DNA of 58,460 nucleotides, counting the filler, from Sphacelaria rigidula (Eukaryota), in the NCBI GenBank assembly GCA_964200075.2. It is 10 parts of 10 records of this genome, joined end to end, with 100 filler letters (N's around TTAATTAATTAA, not from the genome) between each part and the next. Parts side by side here need not be neighbours in the genome. Positions count along the whole stretch, not along the records: positions 46,849 to 52,604 come from CAXNAA020024696.1; positions 52,705 to 58,460 come from CAXNAA020024697.1; 8 more parts are not named here. The stretch is one strand, 5' to 3'. Positions 48,801 through 58,460 of this stretch are shown here, piece after piece. The notes beneath the pieces were generated by a model. That model ran no database searches, was not told the origin of the DNA, and was given only the letters and a program-made list of their open reading frames with translations. Position 1 is the stretch's first letter. Every line of letters starts with the position of its first letter. The translations under genes and the position numbers were made by a program.

Positions 48801-51534
48801 AAGCAAGCGCGAGACCGCACGCAACCTAAGATCGGCATCGAAACGCACCGGCTACATAGTACTCCTCACGCCTCCCCTCCCCCCGCTCCGCCGCCTCTGC
48901 CAACCTCGTCTCTTGTCGCTGTACTTTCGGCGCCCTAGAGCGTCTGAAACTGTCGACCGTTGGGAAAATTTAGCACTTCCGCACATATTGTGGAAAAAAA
49001 AAAAGGATTTGTGATTTTGGGGTGGAACGTTGGAGTCACCGTGCTCGTGCGTCCAAGCATGTTGCTTCAGGGTATCTGATGCGTCTCCAAACCCCGGTGC
49101 ACGTACGCTTGTTAGTCCAAATCCATAATATTCCCCTCTCGCCGCCCCCCCTCCCGCCCATCCTCGACCCCGCTCTGCTCCCGACACAGAACATCTTTCA
49201 TAAAGCATTTGTTTTCACCTCGACAAGAAGGGCGGGAAGGGGAAGACAGCACATGAATAACCCAAGAATAAAACATACACCGGCAGCAGGAACAGACACC
49301 ACATGTATCCGCACGCACGCATACAGCAGATATACATTGCAGAAAAAAAAAAAAAAAGCTCTCGCACATGAAAAGGGCCACTCTCGATGCCAACTTCGTC
49401 AAAAGTTAGAACAAAAAAAAAAGAAAAACGGCAGTTGGCTTTCGAACAGAAGTTATGCTCGTTTCCTTTCATGCCGTCTACAAGAAAGTGGGGAAAACAA
49501 GTGTTGATAACCCCGCGTTTCCCCCCCCCCGCCAATGTTGTCTACTCATGCTCAACTCTGAAACATGGCAGATGCGGGTTTCGCGATATACAACCCACAC
49601 CTATCCTTGCTTCCGAGCGGTATACATGACCCCTATCCCCATAACATGCGGCGTCAATATATTTCTCAATCGGTGGGAAAAACAAAATATGAAGTGTACG
49701 CAAGAGGAACGCACACAAAATGATCCACGAAGCATATTGGGTGTTAAAAAAAGGTACGTAAAAACATCGCTGCTAAATCGCCATCCCCTGCTGGGTGGGA
49801 AAAAAGCAGACGATAAACATGACAAAGACACAAACTACAGGGTAACAGATGAAAAGGAATACGTATACTCCCGAACACCCTCCTAAAAACAAACGCAAAC
49901 GTAAAAAATGGAATGACTGCGTATATATATATATATATATATATATGACTAACCGATGATATATACACATCGCCACCATGTACTCCACAGAAAAGAGACA
50001 GAAAACTGCGAGACATGCAAAAACACCAGAGAACGAAGACCCAGGGTTTACGCAACAGATTTGGGGATATCAACGTTTTCAGCAGCATGAGCGCCGAGAA
50101 TTCTTATATTCCCCCTTCGCGTCAGAATCTTCATATACACCTACACAGTACACGTGCACATGTACATCATCAACCAATAACACACAAGGCATCTTGATCC
50201 GACACAAAAAGGTACCGCCCACCACTACAAAAAAAAAAAATCTAATGAAAAAATAAAGAATAAAAATGAAACGAGTAAAAAGAAAAAATTAAGTACAGTA
50301 ACAGCAATAACGATCGTGTTTTTTCGTTTGTGCAGGGTGTGCCTCGTACAGACTCATCAAAAACCGCGAAACGTTTTCGACACATAACATACTTATCTCG
50401 AATGATGAATAGCTATCCGACGGGATCGTACAATGATGTACTAGCACCACATGCGAGCATGGATAGCACCATTTTTATCCCTAACCCGCATACTTGAGCC
50501 CACCAGCTCCAGCCCTATCCTCTTCCCCCTCAAACCAAAATGCGTAACCCGACAACTCTCGGGTCGGATGTTGGCGACAAGGTGGACGGGAGGGACGGGA
50601 GGGACCGGAGGGACGGGAGGGGGAGTGGGGGGAATAAAAAGACAGTCGACTGCACGTGACATGAAGTGAGAAGGCCCTATATAAGGTATCCCAGTCTTCC
50701 ACGCCAAAAAACAGCATAACGTTAAATTTTGGCTGCATGACGAGGAGAGGAAAGGCCTCCCTACAGTACTCAAAAAAAAGTACCCCCCGCTCCCCGCTCC
50801 CCCTTCCCACATACACACGGCACTCTTAACATACTAAAGAAGGTATATTCAACCGCCACTACCAAGCTCTCAAGCGAAGAAGTGATCGTCGTTGCGGCAT
50901 ATGGTTAACACGTACTTGACCTCTGTCAGGGACGTCCTTTATAGGATGACCCTCTGTACATGAGGGGGAGTTGTCGTTTCGTGTGCAGATCCAGTTTGCC
51001 ACGAGCACTACCTCACCCCTCACCCCCTCCCCCCCCCATCCCCTCGACCCTCCGACTTTCTACAGTATAGAACCTTCCACAAAAGCGCGTACGGTACTAC
51101 AGTATAATGCGAATTTCCGTGTAGGTGCAAACATATTTAATTGACACACAAGAAAAAAACGTGAGAAAAGTGGGTAACGCCTAGCTCGTGCAGTGCTGCC
51201 AAGTCAACCAACCTCCCAGTATTGTCCTTATGCATCACACCCTGGACAACAAGAAAACATTCCATTTGTAAAAAAGTGCATTGCATACAGTATCGACTAC
51301 TACTGCGTGCGCCTGTTGCAATAGACAATAGATTTCCATACTGTACGCAGTATCGACTATTGTATCTATTCCAGTAAGACAACAGACTCCATACCGTACA
51401 CAGTACAATAGACTCCATACTGTACCCAGTACACTTTTTGACAACGCGACCTTCTGTCCAGAGTGTGCCATGTATATATAACACCAAATCGAAACATGCG
51501 TGCTTTCAAAAACATCACACCTTGAGCAACACGT

Positions 51535-51657
51535 GGTCAATAGTTGCAGTAAGGAAAAAGTATATTGCGTGAAGTACAGCCTATTGCGCCTACTGGAGTA
51601 GGCGCAATAGGCTATGCTGTGCGCAACACCCTCATTTTCTGTTGCAACTATTGACCC
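51535..51657. mobile_element. About 120-bp hairpin MITE
   Basis: Outer arms ggtcaatagttgca/tgcaactattgacc. Perfect 17-bp inner stem agcctattgcgcctact-gg-agtaggcgcaataggct. Confidence 0.8.
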
Positions 51658-52418
51658 TATATTGTCCAGAGTCTGAAAAACATCGTAACCCAGGGGCGCA
51701 ACCGATTAATTCAGGGTCACAGCGGTCGTATATATATATGCACGGAAGTATTCGTTATATAAGATAGAACTCGAATAGTACACTTCTCATAGCCAGACGG
51801 CACACCGTAGACGCACACAATATAGTTGCTCGACAACGTAATTCCACACTAAATTACGAAAATTCTGCAGCATTCTGACCCTCCCTTCTTTTCACCATCC
51901 GTCCTCGCAGCTCTGTAAAAATGAGTTCACGCTGCCCCTCCAGCCTCTGCAAAATTACAAAAAAATATACCGCGCTGTCGAGGGGGAAACGGCATGAAAC
52001 CTACAAAAATTACAGGGAAAAATAGCGGGGGAGGGGGGGAAAGGCATCGCAGGGTTTTCAAAAGCCGGCGATGATAACCCCTCTCTCTCGCCGGCCTCTT
52101 CAGACACACCTGCTTCCATCATCACATGTTACCATCATCCCAAAACACGTGAACTTCATCCAAGAAGACTCGCCACGGAGAGGGGTAGAGGGGGGGGGGA
52201 AATGCCTTGCCTAGCTAGCTACATCGCGCCTTTTTGGGGGGGGTATTTGATGCATCGCATCACCATCTGTTTTTTGTGCACAACACAAACGGCACTCACT
52301 GCACGCGCCTATTTTTTGCGTGCAACAAACTCGAAACGAATCCATTTGGCCACACACGAAACACAAAAAAAGGCACGATTTCTCTGTATTTATCGTGACC
52401 CCCCCTCCTCCCTCGACA

Positions 52419-52464
52419 AGGTCAATGGTCACACGACTACGGCATGCAAGATCATGAGTACACG

Positions 52465-52511
<47 letters not shown>

Positions 52512-52600
52512 CCCCCCCCCCCACCCCCCCCCCCCGCCCCCCCCCCCCTCTCCCCCCACACCCTTCCCCCCACGTACGCCTCTTCCCGCCCCCCCCCCCG
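52419..52600 (+). mobile_element. Retroposon 3' end followed by a long poly(C) tract
   Basis: aggtcaatggtcacacgactacggcatgcaagatcatgagtacacg, then about 45 uninterrupted C and a further C-rich run. Confidence 0.82.
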
Positions 52601-52704
52601 CTACNNNNNNNNNNNNNNNNNNNNNNNNNNNNNNNNNNNNNNNNNNNNTTAATTAATTAANNNNNNNNNNNNNNNNNNNNNNNNNNNNNNNNNNNNNNNN
52701 NNNN

Positions 52705-52742
52705 GGCATGCAAAAAATGAGGACGCCCCCCCCCCCACCCCT
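52705..52742 (+). mobile_element. Retroposon 3'-end remnant plus C-run
   Basis: ggcatgcaaaaaatgaggacgccccccccccc. Confidence 0.6.
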
Positions 52743-53930
52743 TAACGATCAAGCAGTTGCCGGTTGATCAAACATTTTGACTGCAAGGGTGGGGGTCGCC
52801 CATTTGAGAGGCGTCATTTTCAACAAAAAATGCGTACAAGACTCACATGACGCCCCCTGACGGTCAAGAGCTTAAAGCACCGCTCACGCCCCTCTGTGAG
52901 GTCATGGCTAGTACGTCATCACTACCTTCTCTGTCTCCTGGATCAGAGTCTTCGGGTTTACATGGACTCTTCACCGCGTCCGCTTGTGGAAAGCTTTTGT
53001 TTTCCTTGGGTTTTTTGGGTTGAAATTCATGTTCTTCCTTCCCCCCCCCCCCGCCCATCCCAATTCTCATCGTTTGTACCATGCCGTCGACGACCGGCAA
53101 AAAATCAGTCCGCCTGAAAATGCCGTATTTCGCCCCTTCTTCCGAGGACATGAAAACCGATGGGAAAATCGAAGAAACATACATGAAAAGTAGTCGTCTT
53201 CCGCATCGCTGGAATTTGACTCTCAAAATAATTGCCGGTCAATTCCCAAAAATGGTCATGACCCGACTCTTGGACCAAAAACATACCTCGTTTTTCTTCT
53301 TGACGTTATTCCCACACGTTCTTTTGTTGCTACAAAAACAACGTTAGTGTCGAATTGTTTCCACACGCCGTTGGGGTGGACGCTACGAGTAAATCAGAAG
53401 ACCCCAAATTATGAGACAGAAGAAGTGTATCATACATGCGTCACGAGTTCACACACCCAAAGAGACTTGACTTGCCAAAAACACAACGGAAATTGTGGAA
53501 GGCAATCGGGAAGAAACCCTTAATAAGGATGACTCATTCATTGTGTATCCCTTGCCCCCCTTGCTTAATTGCGCCACGGCACCAACCCAACATACCGTGC
53601 CGATACCGATTTTGAGCAAATTACTTTGTTCCCGACTTACAATCCCGTAATAATAACCGTCTACTCACGAGGAGGTCGGGGACTTTGCCGTGCAGTATGG
53701 GGGCAATCATCTGTTGTATATTTTCTCTGCCCCAGGAGTGAAGTCCGTTATGTCTAGAGGGGCCCGTAATCGTGCTATATGCATTAGGCGATAATGGTTT
53801 TGAAATACTTAGCTTTCTAATTCATAACTCTTCTTTATATGTTCACTCACTACAATAGTACCCTTCGAACTTGGTGAACATTCGAAAAAATATCAATAGG
53901 CCCGAGAACGGCCGTATTTAGCCCCTACTC

Positions 53931-54005
53931 CGGGGGGTGTACTCATGGGTGTACTCATAAAAATGTATGCCATAGTCATCATGTACTCATGGGTGGGGGG
54001 GGGGG
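53931..54005 (-). mobile_element. Nested or slipped retroposon 3' ends
   Basis: Reverse complement reads C-run, acccatgagtaca, tgatgactatggcatacatttttatgagtac, acccatgagtaca, cccccc. Confidence 0.65.
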
Positions 54006-57000
54006 CAAAGAAGACTGACACAGAGCAAAAACGGGTAGCCGTCCTCGTCGCCACTGGAATTTGACATGAGATAGACCCAGGCATTATTGAAGGCCTCATT
54101 ATTTTCGTATTTTTCAAACCCTCTCCAACGTTTCCGCCCTCTGCCACACTGTAACCCCAGTATGCTGCACAGTTGAGTCGCCATCATCCAGCTCACGGAG
54201 TGTTTGAATGGTGAACCTTGAGGAGGCGTTGCTGAACCCTTCCAACGTGTTTTCGTCGTACTTCTTTGTGCTGCTTGGAGATAGTCTCCGCTAACACGTC
54301 TGTCGAAGCGGCATTCATCCTCCATCATACCCTTGACTTGAGAGGTCCCAAGAAGATACAGTTATTTGTTGATATCCATATTCAAGGTGAGTCTTCGTCA
54401 CGAGCTCTACTGTCCAAACCGCCCTCATCCCCGCGGAGCGAAGATATATCGAGATGGATACGAATTTCGCCATTGGTTTTCCCCGTATGGGGGCTCGCGT
54501 CGCCTTGCTGCATCAGTACTACTACTAGCCGCGAACGTGGCTACGACATCTTGATCTCGGTAGTGAGCGACTAAAAGTCGAAATTCTGAAAAAAAATTGA
54601 AACGAAATCCCAAAATATCCCCAAAATATGGGCAATGTCATCCTGAACATTTCGAAAATCATGACTGCGGTATGGTCTCCATGAGCATCTCCTCATAATA
54701 TATTCATTTTACCATTTACCTTTAACAGCACCGTAGGAACCTCCGTTGGAGAGAAATGGTCTTAACCCCATGACCGAATATATTCTTGGGGGAAACAGAG
54801 AAGTACATATAGAAATGCACGGAGTGGTCGGTCCATAGGCATAAATGGGATCAAATAAATGCAATGCTGCATGCCCTTAAGTGAAAGCCAAATTTTCATC
54901 TCAATACCAAAGCTTTATTCTGAGACACACAGTCACATCATCATCTGCTGGTCGGTATCTGTCTCTGTAGATGGTTCTTCTTCGGTCCTCTACATGCCAC
55001 CTCTCACGATAACTCTCACTCAATTTTTCGATTTGTTGTTCGACAAACTATCGTGGCAGGTGATAAAACAAAGTTGAAACATGGAGTTGGTATCACGCGA
55101 ACGCGGAGACAAAATGTTTTCGTCAAAAGAAAAGAGTGATTCCAAAACGTTCCGGTTTGAGAAGACGACCTCCCCTCCATACGATTCGACCACGTGACCC
55201 AACTCACCGGCGATCTGGCGAACCGTAATATTTTACATCCAGATCGTCAGCCATAAGAGCCGGTCTTAACTGCTTTTCATGCCAGCAATGTGATGAGAAG
55301 TTCTCACAGTCAAAGTGCTGAATTAATGGCACCGTCGAGGGTTTGGAACGTACCCGATCGTAGGTTTTCTTCCTCGCGGAAAGGTGACGCTCAAACCACG
55401 CATTTTCTCCATGGGTTCCCTCCACTGCCTTCTCCGCCTCTCCCTCCACCAATGCCACCACCAGCTCTGCCTGGGATTTGTTTTGATCAAACATAGCGGG
55501 AACGAGTGCGAAAGTTCAACCCTTTGACTGCAACAAAGGATTCCATTTGAGGCATGGCGTATCGCTCGGAACGTTTCGTGGCTGTTTCATCTTCAGGTAT
55601 AAGTGCTACTGGTGCATGAAAGACCTAAAAACAGCACGTCGCAGTCGAAAGGTGAACCACTTGACCGCTTGGCGAAGACGTATCCATTTGGGTCCACAAT
55701 GTACATTCATTCATTTGCTTTGTTGTGTTTTAGTGGCTCCTGACCAAAGCGAAGACCCTTCGTGATCTCTCCGAGTTGAAAGGGTCAATCGTTCGACCCC
55801 CGACCTCGTCTCGGAACAGCTTCGTCGGCTGACAATCCTGAGGTTGATCGATTGTGACAGTAACCGAACCCCAAGGGGTCTCCCTACCCGTGGTCGGGCC
55901 GTTTCTTGTGCTACGAGGAGAATCAGTTTGAGAAAACGTTCTCGCCGTTTCTCGGATAATTTTCTCCAACACCGTTTCTTGTGTCACGTTTTGTTCACAA
56001 TCATCGCTGATGCGAGAAAAAATGCCGAAAATCTTCATTTTCCCAACTGGATAATGGTTGATCAAGAAAACGATACAGCTGAACACGCCTTCGTATATAT
56101 CCACGCGGTGGGTTGGAGAAACGGAAGATGAAGAGTCTGTTGGGAACTATGCTCGAGTCCAATGAAAAGCTCATACCATCACTTGGGTCGACCGTGGTGC
56201 ACCAGATACCCGCCTCCGCAAATTCACGCCCGCCAGTTGGCGTGCGAAACGTTTTGAACTCCCGTGAGGGACCGTTTCCAAAACGTTTCGGTTTCGCCCA
56301 AAAAACAACCTGAGGAGAAGACACTACTTCTCGTTTTCTTATCAAACTTCATAGAAAGCGACCTCATAATATGTACCCAAGATAACCAAGAAGAGAAGAA
56401 AATATCCAATGATGGGAAGGCACTTGAGGGAATCGAGGAGTTTCCAAAAGGGCTGGGGGTGCCGATTCCCTCGTCAGTGGAGGAGCTTCCGACGTTAGCC
56501 GTGCGTGTTTACAGGAGAAATCTCGAAGGACGAAAACGGCGTGAAATCTTCTTCGAAGCCAAGAGGCAGGTATCATTAATCTGACCAATCAAAAGCAGCA
56601 GGACGAGGTGCTTCATTCCGTTGCAAATTGCCGAATATTCCTTCCTGCAGGCAGCAAGGGTATGCTTTTTCACATTTGAGACATACACGACGACGTCCTT
56701 CTCGGGGGTGGTCTTTGGCGCATGTGCCTTCCCCAGGATTGTCAATGCCATCACATTATACTACATAGAGCTGCACCGAGCACATCCTGGCAATGAACGC
56801 AAACGGTCAAGAACACATAACAGGGTGCAGTAGACACAGGCATTTAGCTTTTTTCGGGCAGGAATCCTTGGTTCCTCCGATCGTTGAGAGCTGGACTGAG
56901 GGCATGAATAGCGAGAATGCAGAAATACACGACAGTTCACGCGGCGGGGGGGGGACTGATGAAACCTGCGATGCCAAGATGCAATGAGGTACGACCATGT

Positions 57001-57126
57001 CTAATCGACACAAAAAAAGCGAGCAAAACGAGCAGTCATGATGTCGGTTACGAGGCACAGTATCAGCTACTACGCGTGACACGTTCAACCCATGCGTATA
57101 ATTTTTTTCTTCTTCACGTGGTGTAA

Positions 57127-57314
57127 GGCCTTTTCTCACCAAGATATTCTCGATCGAAATTGTGCGGCGGAAAGACGAAATCCGGTCTGATGGATCGTCG
57201 TTCATGTCCACGTCATCAACGCTGAATTGACGACTTACTGAGTGTATTTCAGACCGGAATTTTCCTTTCTAGCCACACCTACTCGATCGAAAAGTGCTGT
57301 GCCAAGACACGCCC
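57127..57314. mobile_element. 188-bp Tourist/Harbinger-like MITE with TAA TSD
   Basis: taa|ggccttttc...tcgatcgaa ... tcgatcgaaaagtgctgtgccaagacacgccc|taa, with an internal inverted aaatccggtctga/tcagaccggaatt. Confidence 0.8.
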
Positions 57315-57739
57315 TAATATCTCAAGGACGCTCCGCGGGTTCATTACACCCTTCCGGTCTGGAAGGGACCCCGTGGTGACAGGAACCTCACACGTAAAAG
57401 TGCCAGGATCAAGGATCGGACGAATTTATGATTACTTAGGAAATAACTTGGTTTCAGTGTAATTGACTCGTACTTCACGAATCGATCCTCAGGCTTTGTT
57501 TTCAGCGTTGCGACCTCGGTACGCGCAGCCCGGGAACGTCGAATGGCGCAAAGTTTGCGTAAAGACTTTTTTTTCTCTTTCGAGGAATCAGGCCTGAGAA
57601 ATCGTGGATTTGATTTGGTGATTCGAGCTAGCGATGATTCGCCCGAACCGTGTAAAAGTGTGAAAATCGAGTGCACCGTCAAGCCAGTTCCGGCAGCACC
57701 GCCTACTTGCTCACTTCTTCGGCAATCCACTGCAACGCA

Positions 57740-58056
57740 GTGTTCTTCAAGGTACGGACGGCAGTGGGGGATTTTTGGTTGGCATACGAAACCATACCTA
57801 AATGTGTACCGAACATCAGAACATTCCGGTATGGTCCGGCAGGATATCGAGCCCTGTTCGGAGCAACCCGGTATGTATGGTTCCGAACAGACCCGAAGGA
57901 TGTTTACTAGAGTCTGTCAAACAAATATTTCGGGACATAGGCCGCGAAATCGAAAATTCGAGCTTTTGAGGGGGGGGGGGGGGCATCCAGCCTGCTGTCC
58001 CCTTGTTCACGGCCGAGGCGTTGAGAATGCGGTCGGCTGCCGTGTACAGAGATCCT
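57740..58056. mobile_element. MITE fragments shared with segments 6 and 8
   Basis: 57740-57886 is similar to the reverse complement of 33225-33353; 57927-58056 is similar to the reverse complement of 41592-41735. Confidence 0.7.
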
Positions 58057-58460
58057 TGGCATGGAGACCGCTGAGATGACGGGCACACCACCCCTCCAAG
58101 CTCATCACCTACCATGATTATATATATGGGATCATAGTCCGTGTCGTGTGCCTCGACTATCGACCATTAGTCCGGGCAAATTTGGCGATTCGCGAGATAA
58201 TGTTGATGTTGCTACTTTGGCTACAGGCTGTCGCTACCGTGCGCTCGTGTATTGTACATAAATGTGTGTGAGCGTTGCCGGCATCCGAGGCCATCGGGAC
58301 AGGGCGGGCAAGGAATAAAAGCAAATATACGAACCTCGCGAAAGCTCGCCAGACTTTTCGGTTTCCGTCAGTGTTTGTTGATCAATTTCTTTCAAGGGTC
58401 GGACAAGTAATGATTCGGCTGGAAATTACTTGGTTTTAGTATAATGAGTCGACTCGTGAC

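Noticed and set aside
46849..51000. Host exons in segment 9 suggested by GTGAG donors and pyrimidine tracts
   Set aside because: I could not assemble phase-consistent exons giving a plausible protein.
52202..52660. Poly-proline/poly-glycine ORFs (also 11807-12235, 6357-6966, 12788-13147)
   Set aside because: Translations of homopolymers and microsatellites.
1..58460. Fanzor/TnpB, Helitron Rep-Hel, tyrosine recombinase or giant-virus core genes
   Set aside because: No recognisable RuvC/zinc-ribbon, HUH/PIF1, R-H-R-Y or NCLDV motifs in the ORF track; heavily decayed copies cannot be excluded by eye.

Overview
This is not one contiguous locus. It is ten segments of exactly 5,756 bp, joined by nine identical 100-bp linkers (N44-TTAATTAATTAA-N44). 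The DNA is eukaryotic, repeat-rich and intron-containing; a brown-alga/stramenopile origin is my inference only. Decayed transposons dominate: two APE-RT LINE copies plus many short copies of their 3' end, two Ty3/Gypsy chromoviruses, an internally deleted LTR element with a CCAC target-site duplication (TSD), a tRNA-derived SINE, many PIF/Harbinger-like (TNA-flanked) MITEs, a TA-flanked Tc1/mariner-like element, hAT-like MITE ends and a possible CACTA/Plavaka remnant. The only host gene I can support is two terminal exons on the minus strand at 12537-13108. The best candidates for something new are four. (1) A LINE family and sister retroposon whose ORF2 stop codon lies about 5 nt from the 3' end. 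They carry a conserved 3' stem-loop, end in C-runs rather than poly(A), and appear to insert at C-tracts, including each other's tails. (2) A 2.2-kb TGT...ACA terminal-inverted-repeat (TIR) element carrying a coiled-coil/CCCH zinc-finger ORF and telomere-like repeats but no transposase. (3) A Gypsy integrase ending in a chromodomain plus a Tudor-like domain. (4) End-to-end trains of Harbinger-like MITEs. All domain calls are by-eye motif recognition; no searches were run.
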